Shown here: positions 55,881 to 64,000 of the stretch, piece after piece | Layout of the letters: each line of letters opens with the position of its first letter | Numbering within the stretch: position 1 is the stretch's first letter | Source: Bacteroidales bacterium | GTDB taxonomy: Bacteria; Bacteroidota; Bacteroidia; Bacteroidales; WCHB1-69 | Reading direction: 5' to 3' | Assembly (NCBI GenBank): GCA_045132235.1 | Contig: JBGURX010000020.1 | Location: 7,819 to 71,818 of the forward strand | DNA: 64,000 bases | The notes under the pieces: generated by a model | Told to the model about the DNA's origin: nothing | The model's input: the letters and a program-made list of their open reading frames with translations, nothing else | The model's database searches: none | Program-made: the position numbers and the translations under genes

Positions 55881-58640
55881 CTAGCACACGATATTCACAA
55901 TCTTCTTCGGCACCACGATGACCTTCTTGGGTGTCTTGCCGTCGAGGTATTTCTGCACGTCGGGGTCGGCCATGATGGCGGCCTCGATCTCTTTCGGCTG
56001 CATGTCGGCGGGGAACACACGCTGCAGGCGCACCTTGCCGTTGAAGGAAATCGGATATTTGGCGCTGCTCTCCACCAAGTACGACTCGTCGAACTTCGGG
56101 AAGGCGGCGTCCACCACGCTGCCGGCATTGCCCAGCAGGTGCCACAACTCCTCGGCCACGTGCGGCGCGTAGGCGGCAATCAGCACGGCCAGCGGCTCCA
56201 CAATCTTCCGCTTGTGACACTTCTGGTCAGTGAGCTCATTCACGGCAATCATGAAGGTGCTGACAGCCGTGTTGAACGAGAAACGCTCGTTGTCTTCCGA
56301 CACCTTCTTGATGGCCTTGTGCAGCGACTTGTACTCCTCGCGCGTCGGCTCATCATCATAGACACAGAACTCGTTGTTGCTGTCGTGATACAGCTTCCAC
56401 AGTTTCTTCATGAAACGGAACACACCCTCGATGCCGTTGGTGTCCCACGGTTTCGACAGCTCGATGGGCCCGAGGAACATCTCGTACAGACGGAGCGTGT
56501 CGGCACCGTACTTCTCCACCAAATCGTCGGGGTTCTGCACGTTGTATTTCGACTTCGACATCTTTTCAATTTCCCATCCGCAGATATACTTACCCTCCTC
56601 CAACTCGAACTCCGCATCGGCATATTCGGGGCGCCATGCCTTGAACGCGTCAATATCCAGTACATCGTTGTGTACAATGTTGACATCCACACGGATAGGT
56701 GTCACTTCGTACTGTTTTCTGAGATTGAGCGACACGAACTTGTTGGTGCCGTTGACACGGTACACGAAGTTGGTGCGCCCCTGAATCATACCCTGGTTGA
56801 TGAGTTTCTTATAGGGTTCTTCCTTGCAAACGATGCCAAGGTCGAATAGGAACTTGTTCCAGAAACGGGAATAGATGAGGTGGCCGGTGGCGTGTTCGGA
56901 GCCGCCGACATACAAATCAACATCCTGCCAATACTGGTTTTTCTCCTTGGAAATGAATTCGTTATCGTTGTGCGGATCCATGTAGCGGAGGTAGTAACCG
57001 CTGGAACCGGCGAAACCGGGCATGGTGCTGTATTCCATCGGATAGCCCTGATAGGTCCAGTTGGCAGCACGGGCGAGCGGCGGCTCACCGGTGGCGGTGG
57101 GCTTGTACTCGTCGATTTCGGGCAGCAGCAGCGGAAGCTGTTCTTCCGGAATCATGTAAGGCATACCGTTTTTGTAATAAACCGGGAAGGGCTCGCCCCA
57201 GTAGCGCTGACGGCTGAAAATGGCATCGCGCAGACGGTAATTCACAGTGCCATAACCAATTCCCATCTCTTTCACCTTCTCAATGATGCACTTACCAGCC
57301 TCTTTCACCTTCATCCCGTTGATGAAGTCGGAGTTGACCACGATACCGTCTTTGGTTTCGAAAGCCTCTTTCTCGATGTCGCCGCCGGCAATCACCTCAC
57401 GGATGGGGAGGTTGAAATGCTTGGCGAAGGCGTAGTCGCGGCTGTCGTGGGCGGGCACTGCCATGATGCCGCCGGTACCGTAGCCAGCCAGCACATATTC
57501 GGCCACCCAGATGGGCACCTGCTCGTGGGTGAAGGGGTTGACGGCATACGCACCCGTGAACACACCGCTCACCTTGCGCACTTCAGTCTGGCGGTCGGTC
57601 TCCGAGCGGTTGCGCGCCCAGGTCACATACTTCTCCACCTCCTCTTTCCGGTCGGGAGTGGTAAGCTGCTCAATCAGAGAATGTTCCGGACAGAGCACCA
57701 TAAACGACACGCCGAAGATGGTATCGGGACGGGTGGTGAAAATGTCGAGAGTATTTTCGTTATTCACGATGGGGAAACGGATAAAGGCGCCTTCGCTGCG
57801 GCCGATCCAGTTGCGCTGCACCTCTTTGATGGAGTCGCTCCACTCGAGGGTTTCCAAACCTTTAAGGAGGCGTTCGGCGTAGGCCGACACACGCAGAATC
57901 CACTGTTTCATCAGTTTGCGCTCCACGGGGAAGCCGCCGCGCTCCGACACGCCGTTCACCACCTCATCGTTGGCGAGCACCGTGCCGAGTCCCGGGCACC
58001 AGTTCACCCATGTGTCGGCGATATAGGCGAGACGGTAGTTGAGCAGCACCTCCTGCCGGCGGGTTTCATCCATCGCGTTCCATTCGGCGGCGGTGAACTC
58101 CAGCGGCTTGGTCTGGGCCACGTCAAGACCTTCCGTACCGTTGGCGGCGAAGGCCTCCACCAGTTCCGAAATCGGTCGGGCTTGGTCGGCCTGATTGCAA
58201 TAGTAGGAGTTGAACAGCTGGATGAACACCCACTGGGTCCATTTGTAGTATTTGGGGTCGGCGGTGCGCACCTCGCGGTCCCAGTCGAACGAGAAGCCGA
58301 TTTTGTCGAGCTGCTCGCGGTAGCGGGCGATGTTCTGGCGGGTGGTCACGGCCGGGTGCTGGCCCGTCTGGATGGCATACTGCTCGGCGGGGAGGCCGAA
58401 AGCGTCGTAGCCCATCGGGTGAAGCACGTTGAAGCCCTGCTGCCGTTTGTAGCGGGCATAGATGTCGGAGGCGATGTAACCGAGGGGGTGTCCCACGTGC
58501 AGTCCCGCACCGGAGGGATAGGGGAACATGTCCAGCACATAGAACTTCGGCTTGGAGGGGTCTTCCTCTACATGGTAGATTTTTTGCTTGCGCCACTCAT
58601 CCTGCCAGCGTTTCTCAACTTCTCTAAAATTGTAATCCAT
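55881..58640 (-). CDS. leuS: Leucine--tRNA ligase
   Basis: 919 aa. HIGH motif (HVGHPLGY), KMSKS, and a CP1 editing domain of bacterial LeuRS length. Confidence 0.95.
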   Translation of the reverse strand: MDYNFREVEKRWQDEWRKQKIYHVEEDPSKPKFYVLDMFPYPSGAGLHVGHPLGYIASDIYARYKRQQGFNVLHPMGYDAFGLPAEQYAIQTGQHPAVTTRQNIARYREQLDKIGFSFDWDREVRTADPKYYKWTQWVFIQLFNSYYCNQADQARPISELVEAFAANGTEGLDVAQTKPLEFTAAEWNAMDETRRQEVLLNYRLAYIADTWVNWCPGLGTVLANDEVVNGVSERGGFPVERKLMKQWILRVSAYAERLLKGLETLEWSDSIKEVQRNWIGRSEGAFIRFPIVNNENTLDIFTTRPDTIFGVSFMVLCPEHSLIEQLTTPDRKEEVEKYVTWARNRSETDRQTEVRKVSGVFTGAYAVNPFTHEQVPIWVAEYVLAGYGTGGIMAVPAHDSRDYAFAKHFNLPIREVIAGGDIEKEAFETKDGIVVNSDFINGMKVKEAGKCIIEKVKEMGIGYGTVNYRLRDAIFSRQRYWGEPFPVYYKNGMPYMIPEEQLPLLLPEIDEYKPTATGEPPLARAANWTYQGYPMEYSTMPGFAGSSGYYLRYMDPHNDNEFISKEKNQYWQDVDLYVGGSEHATGHLIYSRFWNKFLFDLGIVCKEEPYKKLINQGMIQGRTNFVYRVNGTNKFVSLNLRKQYEVTPIRVDVNIVHNDVLDIDAFKAWRPEYADAEFELEEGKYICGWEIEKMSKSKYNVQNPDDLVEKYGADTLRLYEMFLGPIELSKPWDTNGIEGVFRFMKKLWKLYHDSNNEFCVYDDEPTREEYKSLHKAIKKVSEDNERFSFNTAVSTFMIAVNELTDQKCHKRKIVEPLAVLIAAYAPHVAEELWHLLGNAGSVVDAAFPKFDESYLVESSAKYPISFNGKVRLQRVFPADMQPKEIEAAIMADPDVQKYLDGKTPKKVIVVPKKIVNIVC

Positions 58641-58733
58641 AATGATTTATGATAAAATAATCGATGTTTAAAAAAGAGAATGCAAAATTACACATTTTTT
58701 TTGGGAGAAAGGAGCAGTATGACATTTTTCACC

Positions 58734-58764
58734 ACAAAAAAAGGGAGACCTCCATCTCCCTTTT
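58734..58764 (-). terminator. Rho-independent terminator after the FISUMP lipoprotein gene
   Basis: AAGGGAGA-CCTCCA-TCTCCCTT, with a T7 run on the minus strand. Confidence 0.7.
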
Positions 58765-58789
58765 CACATTTATATAATATAGTATAAAA

Positions 58790-59494
58790 TCAGTCTTTCA
58801 CGCAGCGCACGGAGTAACCATGCCATTTCTGCACTTCGTGGCGTTTGAAATCGTTGTCATAGTAATGGGTGATACGGTTCCATGCGTATGACACGGATTT
58901 GCCGGTAGTGCTCCAGAAGGCGGCATCGAGAAGGAGATAGTCAGCATTGATGTCGAAATTCTTCCATGTGAAGCTGCCATATGCATCGCGCAAGCCAGCA
59001 CCCACCATGTTGAAATTATACTCATTGTTGACCTTGTCGGTAGCGGCTTTCCAGTGTGCGGTGCCGGTCTCTCTTAACTTGGCAGCTGCCTCGTCCTTGC
59101 CGACCTTGTCCTCAAGGGTGCTCCATTCAGCGTCTGACGGAACATGCCAGCCGGTGGGACAGAGCTTGCCGCTGCTGGCAGCGTACCAGTTGTACAGGGC
59201 GCCGTACTCATCCTTGTTGCTGCTGTTGTTCTCGTACCAGCAGTAGGCAGGAGTTTTGGTGGTGGACCACGATCCGTTGTCGGTCACGTTGCTGATGCTC
59301 TTGCCGTCGTTGAACTTGGTGGTCTTGAGGTTCTCGGCGAACCAGGTCTGCGAGCCGATGACGACCGTCTTGTATTCGTTGCCGTCGGCATCCTTAACAG
59401 TTTCTCCAGCCTTCTGGGCGGAGAGCGACATAGCGCAGCCTACCATAAAGATAAGGGCCATGGTCTTGACGATGTTCATGCTAAAATTTTTCAT
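58790..59494 (-). CDS. Fibrobacter succinogenes major paralogous (FISUMP) domain lipoprotein
   Basis: Trimmed to the ATG at 59494 (an alternative is at 59479). GSQTWFAENLKTTKFNDG, YGALYNWYAA and CPTGWHVPSDAEW are hallmarks of this domain. Confidence 0.75.
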   Translation of the reverse strand: MKNFSMNIVKTMALIFMVGCAMSLSAQKAGETVKDADGNEYKTVVIGSQTWFAENLKTTKFNDGKSISNVTDNGSWSTTKTPAYCWYENNSSNKDEYGALYNWYAASSGKLCPTGWHVPSDAEWSTLEDKVGKDEAAAKLRETGTAHWKAATDKVNNEYNFNMVGAGLRDAYGSFTWKNFDINADYLLLDAAFWSTTGKSVSYAWNRITHYYDNDFKRHEVQKWHGYSVRCVKD

Positions 59495-59517
59495 AACTAT
59501 AAGATTTAAATGATTAA

Positions 59518-61581
59518 TTACCAAATTCTTGCTCTTTTTTCAGGGGCGATATACATCTTGTCGCCCTCTTTGATGTTGAATGCTTTCACAAAGGCATCGA
59601 TATGGGGAAGCGTGCCGTTGACGCGCCATTTGCCCAGCGAGTGCGGATCCACCATCACGCGGCGGTTGATTTCGGCATCGGTGATGTTGTTGGCCCACAC
59701 GGCGGCGTAGGCGAGGAAGAAACGCTGGTCGGCGGTGAAACCGTCCATGGTCTCGGCGATGCCGCCTTCAGCCTTTGCGCGCTGCAAGGCGTCATAGGAG
59801 GTGTTCAGACCACCATTGTCGGCGATATTCTCGCCAAGGGTGAACTTGCCGTCGGCGAATATACCCGGCAGCACCTCGATGGCGTTGAAGTAGTCCACCA
59901 GTACCTGCGTGCGCTCTTGGAAATTCTTGCTGTCCTCTTCGGTCCACCAGTCGTTCACATTGCCCATCTTGTCGTACTTGCGGCCCTGGTCGTCGAAGCC
60001 ATGCGTCATCTCGTGGCCGATCACCACACCGATGGCACCGTAGTTGGCGGCCATGTCGGCATTCAGGTCGAAGAAAGGCGGCTGCAGGATGGCGGCGGGG
60101 AAGCAGATCTCGTTGGTGGTGGGCTCGTAATAGGCGTTCACCGTCTGCGGCGACATCTGCCATCTGTTCGGGTCAACAGGCTGTCCGATCATGGAGAGCT
60201 GGTAGTTGTTCTCGAATTTCATGATGGCGAGGATGTTCTTCATGTAGCCGCTCTGGTCGATGATGAGCTGCGAATAGTCGCGCCACTGGTCGGGATAGCC
60301 GACCTTGACGATGATGGCGTTGAGTTTCTCCTGCGCCTTTTTCTTGGTCTCCTCGGTCATCCAGCTGTTCTGGGCGATGCGGTCGCCGAGGGCAGCCTTG
60401 AGGTTCTTCACCAGATGAATCATCTGCTCCTTGGCTTCCGGCGGGAAGTACTGTTTCACATACAACTGTCCCACAGGTTCGCCAAGCAGTCCGCTGACGG
60501 AGGCCACCACGCGCTGCCAGCGCTCTTTGTTCTGCGTTTTGCCCGACAAGGTCTTGCCGTAGAAGTCGAACTGTGCATCCACAAAACCGCTGCTGAGGTA
60601 GGAGGCGCACTCGTTGATGACCTGTGCGGCCAGATAGGCCTTGATGGTTCCCAGATCCTTGCTCTTCAGCAGGCGGTCCATGCCTTTGAAGTAGCTGCTG
60701 AGCACCACGTTGATGGAGTCGGGCGTGGTGGGCACTGCGGAGGCGATATAGCTGTTGAAGTCGAAGGTCTGGAACAGTGCGGCGGTCTGGGCAGGGGTGA
60801 GCACGTTGTTGGTCTGGTCGGGGTCGCGCAGCACATCCTTGTCGATGAAGATGCGCGCCAACTCGGTCTCAAAAGCCCACACATTCTGTGCGGCGTTCTT
60901 GGCTTCCGCCTCAGTGGTGAAACCGGAAAGTGCAAGGTATTTCTGCACCATCGTGATGTAACCGTCCTTGAGGGCGGCCTTGGGCTGCAGGTAGTACTCG
61001 CGTTCGCCGAGGCCGAGACCGCTCTGCATCAGCCATGCGATGTTCATCATGCTGTTGTTGGGCGAGGCCATGCAGCCGACGCCGAACAGCGGAGTGAAGC
61101 CGTAGCTGTGCAGCTCGGTAATCACACCCGTCAGCTGGCTGCGGTCTTTCACCTGTGCAATCTTGTCCAGCAACGGCTTGATGGGGGTGACACCCTGTTC
61201 TTCGATGGTTTTCTCATCCATGCCGGCATTGAACAGGTCGGCGATTTTCTGCTCGTCGGTGCCGTTGGCGTTTTTCTTGGCGGCCACCTCGCTGATGAGC
61301 TTGTGCAGCTGTTTCTCCGTTGATTCGCCCAGCTGGTCGAAAGAGCCGTAGCGTGAGTAGGCGGGCGGCAGCGGGTTATTTTTCATCCAGCCGCCACAGG
61401 CATACTGGTAAAAGTCGTCTGCCGGATTGGCGCTGGTGTCGAGATTGTTCTTCGAGATGCCCGACACGAGGGCCTTCTTGCCCTCTTTGTCACCGTCATC
61501 CTTGTTTTTCTTACATCCACAAACTAACACACTGAGACACATCATCAGAACTATTACGGAGGTCGTTTTCTTATAATTCAT
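59518..61581 (-). CDS. pepO: M13 family zinc metallopeptidase (PepO / endothelin-converting-enzyme-like)
   Basis: 687 aa. Lipoprotein-type signal, VIGHEMTHGFD (HExxH), GENIADNGG and a C-terminal ...RARIW. Confidence 0.85.
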   Translation of the reverse strand: MNYKKTTSVIVLMMCLSVLVCGCKKNKDDGDKEGKKALVSGISKNNLDTSANPADDFYQYACGGWMKNNPLPPAYSRYGSFDQLGESTEKQLHKLISEVAAKKNANGTDEQKIADLFNAGMDEKTIEEQGVTPIKPLLDKIAQVKDRSQLTGVITELHSYGFTPLFGVGCMASPNNSMMNIAWLMQSGLGLGEREYYLQPKAALKDGYITMVQKYLALSGFTTEAEAKNAAQNVWAFETELARIFIDKDVLRDPDQTNNVLTPAQTAALFQTFDFNSYIASAVPTTPDSINVVLSSYFKGMDRLLKSKDLGTIKAYLAAQVINECASYLSSGFVDAQFDFYGKTLSGKTQNKERWQRVVASVSGLLGEPVGQLYVKQYFPPEAKEQMIHLVKNLKAALGDRIAQNSWMTEETKKKAQEKLNAIIVKVGYPDQWRDYSQLIIDQSGYMKNILAIMKFENNYQLSMIGQPVDPNRWQMSPQTVNAYYEPTTNEICFPAAILQPPFFDLNADMAANYGAIGVVIGHEMTHGFDDQGRKYDKMGNVNDWWTEEDSKNFQERTQVLVDYFNAIEVLPGIFADGKFTLGENIADNGGLNTSYDALQRAKAEGGIAETMDGFTADQRFFLAYAAVWANNITDAEINRRVMVDPHSLGKWRVNGTLPHIDAFVKAFNIKEGDKMYIAPEKRARIW

Positions 61582-61699
61582 TACCCAATTGTTATTTCAA
61601 AAAATAGAATACTACACAATATCGTTGCAAAAATACATGATTTTTATCATACAACAGGCATTATACCTTATATTTTTTAGAACTTTTCTCAAAAAAAAT

Positions 61700-62632
61700 C
61701 TATTTTTTCGACATTTCCAACATTCTCTCGATGGGACGACGGGAAGCATTCATCAGCTGCTCATCCATCACCAGCTCGGGCGTTTCGTTTTCCAATGCCG
61801 ATAAAATATTTTCCAAAGTATTGTATTTCATATATTTGCAATTGGCACACTCGCAGTCGCCGCCATCTTTTCCATTGGCATCCGACAGCGCATAGAATTT
61901 CTTGTCGGGGTTTTGGCGGCGGAGTTCGTACAAAATGCCCTTTTCAGTCACCACCACAAACTCCTGCTGCTCCGACTGGGCGACATGTTTCAGCATGGCG
62001 GCGGTGGAGCCCACAAAATCGGCCAATTGCAGCACATGCTCGGGGCATTCGGGGTGTGCGATGACCTGTGCGGAGGGGTAGAAACGGCGGAGCTGCTCCA
62101 CATCCTGCGCCTGAATTTGGTCGTGCACGTGGCAGGCGCCTTCCCACAGCACCATGTCGCGGCCCGTCATGCGGTTAATGTAACTACCTAAGTTCCAGTC
62201 GGGTGCAAAGACAATCTTCTCATCTGCCGGCAGGGCGTTGACAATCTGCAGGGCGTTGCCCGAGGTGACGATGATGTCGGACAAGGCCTTCACGCCCGCC
62301 GAGCAGTTGATGTAGCTCAGCACGGCATGGCCGGGGTACTGTTTCAGAAATTCGGCGAACTCCTGCTCCGGACAGCTGTCAGCCAGCGAGCACGAGGCGG
62401 TGAGGTCGGGAATCAGCACCTTCTTGGTGGGGTTGAGAATCTTGGCGGTTTCGGCCATGAAATGCACGCCCGCGAAGAGGATGATGTCGGCATCGGTGGA
62501 GGCCGCCTGCCGCGACAGGGCCAGACTGTCGCCGACGAAATCAGCTACTTCCTGTACCTCGGGACGGGTGTAATAATGGGCCAGAATGATGGCGTTTTTC
62601 TGCTTTTTCAGTTGGTTAATGCGTTCTTTCAT
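61700..62632 (-). CDS. nadA: Quinolinate synthase
   Basis: Track ORF trimmed to the ATG at 62632 (MKERINQLKKQKNAIILAHYYTRPEVQEVADFVGDS). HFMAETAKIL, IAHPECP and conserved Cys residues. Confidence 0.88.
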   Translation of the reverse strand: MKERINQLKKQKNAIILAHYYTRPEVQEVADFVGDSLALSRQAASTDADIILFAGVHFMAETAKILNPTKKVLIPDLTASCSLADSCPEQEFAEFLKQYPGHAVLSYINCSAGVKALSDIIVTSGNALQIVNALPADEKIVFAPDWNLGSYINRMTGRDMVLWEGACHVHDQIQAQDVEQLRRFYPSAQVIAHPECPEHVLQLADFVGSTAAMLKHVAQSEQQEFVVVTEKGILYELRRQNPDKKFYALSDANGKDGGDCECANCKYMKYNTLENILSALENETPELVMDEQLMNASRRPIERMLEMSKK

Positions 62633-62871
62633 TGTGGGTTGTTTATGATGAAATAACGTGGCAAAATTACGATTTAATTCGGAATCCATCATCCGCCAGC
62701 ACAACAATTTTATTGCTTTTTCACCAAAAATTCCGCAGAAATGGAAAGTTTTTTCAATAAAAAGATGAAGGTTTGCAAAAATCGTGTAAATTTGCAACCG
62801 CTTTTTCTGAAAGGTCATCCCTTCTTGTGAAAGTATAAATTTTTTATAATCAATATATTAAAAAAATTATT

Positions 62872-64000
62872 ATGAACAACGCGAATTACATTTTCAGAGA
62901 ACCGAAAAACGAACCCGTTTTCAGCTACGCTCCCGGCACTCCCGAACGCGCAGCCCTCAAAGCCGAACTTGACCGCCAGTACAAAAAGGTGGTGGAAATC
63001 CCGCTGATCATCAACGGCAAGGATGTGAAGACCGGCGATATGGGCACCGTGGTGATGCCGACCGAACACGGCCACGTTCTCGCTAAATATCACAAAGTCA
63101 ACAAGGAATGTGTGCAGATGGCTATCGACGCCGCCATGGCCGCCCGCGAGAAATGGGAGAGCATGCCGTGGATCCAGCGCGCTTCCATCATGATGAAGGC
63201 TGCCGAGCTGCTGGCTACCAAATGGCGTTATGTGCTGAATGCCGCCACCATGCTGGGTCAGGGCAAGAGCCCCATGCAGGCTGAGATCGACTGTCCCTGC
63301 GAGGCCATCGACTTCCTCCGTTTCAACACCTATTTCGCTTCCAAGATTTACAGCGAGCAACCCATCTCCGACCACACCATGCTCGACCGCAACGAGTACC
63401 GCGGCATGGAAGGTTTTGTGTATGCCATCACTCCTTTCAACTTCACCTCTATCGCCCTCAACCTCAACGTGGCTCCCGCGCTGATGGGTAACGTCACCAT
63501 CTGGAAGCCCTCTACCACCGCTATCCTTTCCAACTATTATATTATGAGACTGTTGCAGGAAGCCGGTCTTCCCGACGGTGTCATCAACTTCTTGCCCGGC
63601 AGCGGCTCCGTCATCAGCGAAGTGGCCTTCAAGTCACCCCACTTGGCAGGTATCCACTTCACCGGCAGCACCTCCACCTTCAAGAGCTTCTGGAAACTCA
63701 TCGGCCAGAACATCGACACCTACAGAACCTATCCGAAGATCGTGGGTGAGACCGGTGGCAAGGACTTCATCTTCGCTCACAAGAGCGCTCCCGCCCGCGA
63801 GCTGGCCGTGGCCATTCTGCGTGGTGCCTTCGAGTACCAAGGTCAGAAATGCTCTGCCGCTTCTCGCGCTTACGTTCCGAAATCCCTCTGGCCCAAGACT
63901 TTGAAACACATCCAGGAAATGATGAAGACCGTGAAGATGGGCGATGGCCGCGACTTCGGCAACCTCATCAACGCCGTCATCGACGAAAAATCCTTCGACA
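62872..64000 (+). CDS. pruA: L-glutamate gamma-semialdehyde (1-pyrroline-5-carboxylate) dehydrogenase, 3'-truncated by window edge
   Basis: Not in the ORF track because there is no stop before the edge. Hand translation from the ATG at 62872 gives MNNANYIFREPKNEPVFSYAPGTPERAALKAEL...FNFTSIALN...VGETGGKDF...QGQKCSAASRAYV. This is an aldehyde dehydrogenase with a catalytic Cys and a PruA-type N-terminus. Confidence 0.8.
   Translation, partial: MNNANYIFREPKNEPVFSYAPGTPERAALKAELDRQYKKVVEIPLIINGKDVKTGDMGTVVMPTEHGHVLAKYHKVNKECVQMAIDAAMAAREKWESMPWIQRASIMMKAAELLATKWRYVLNAATMLGQGKSPMQAEIDCPCEAIDFLRFNTYFASKIYSEQPISDHTMLDRNEYRGMEGFVYAITPFNFTSIALNLNVAPALMGNVTIWKPSTTAILSNYYIMRLLQEAGLPDGVINFLPGSGSVISEVAFKSPHLAGIHFTGSTSTFKSFWKLIGQNIDTYRTYPKIVGETGGKDFIFAHKSAPARELAVAILRGAFEYQGQKCSAASRAYVPKSLWPKTLKHIQEMMKTVKMGDGRDFGNLINAVIDEKSFD

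Overview
This is a 64-kb chromosomal window from a high-GC Bacteroidota (Bacteroidales-like) genome. Supporting signs are TAnnTTTG-type -7 promoter boxes, many lipoprotein signal peptides, a T9SS C-terminal sorting domain and a FISUMP-domain lipoprotein. Most of the window is ordinary housekeeping: deoC, HU, rng, surE, def, ruvX, trpS, an MsbA-like ABC exporter, proS, secA, fumC, mfd, tRNA-Lys(CUU), leuS, an M13 peptidase and nadA. There is also a four-gene [FeFe]-hydrogenase cluster and a P5C-dehydrogenase gene (pruA) that runs off the 3' edge and is therefore missing from the ORF track. Most long ORFs antisense to these genes are shadow ORFs, and several track ORFs start at GTG/TTG and were trimmed to internal ATGs preceded by signal peptides. 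The stand-out is a ~12.7-kb low-GC insertion at 21.8-34.6 kb (hand counts about 38-42% GC versus 53-62% in flanking genes). It holds eight same-strand, translationally coupled genes: a TerY-like vWA protein, a PP2C phosphatase, a Ser/Thr kinase, an Upf1-like SF1 helicase (1089 aa), a wHTH...HEPN protein, a McrB-type AAA+ protein with a ~370-aa coiled-coil N-terminus, a McrC/DUF2357-like protein and a WYL regulator. An A22/T22 homopolymer sits just upstream of its putative promoter. I read this as a composite anti-phage superoperon (a TerY-P triad plus a CoCoNuT-like coiled-coil McrBC module with helicase and HEPN RNase). As far as I know this class is known only from computational surveys and has not been characterised experimentally. 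Secondary curiosities are listed below. (1) A 754-aa lipoprotein made almost entirely of Ser/Asn/Tyr/His low-complexity sequence, with 69-bp and 84-bp in-frame tandem repeats. (2) An unannotated 29-aa Lys/Arg-rich ORF resembling bS22/mS38. (3) A 19-nt heptad-repeat motif shared by two promoters. (4) A DUF3990/HTH gene pair. (5) A SecA with an apparent ~170-aa insertion.
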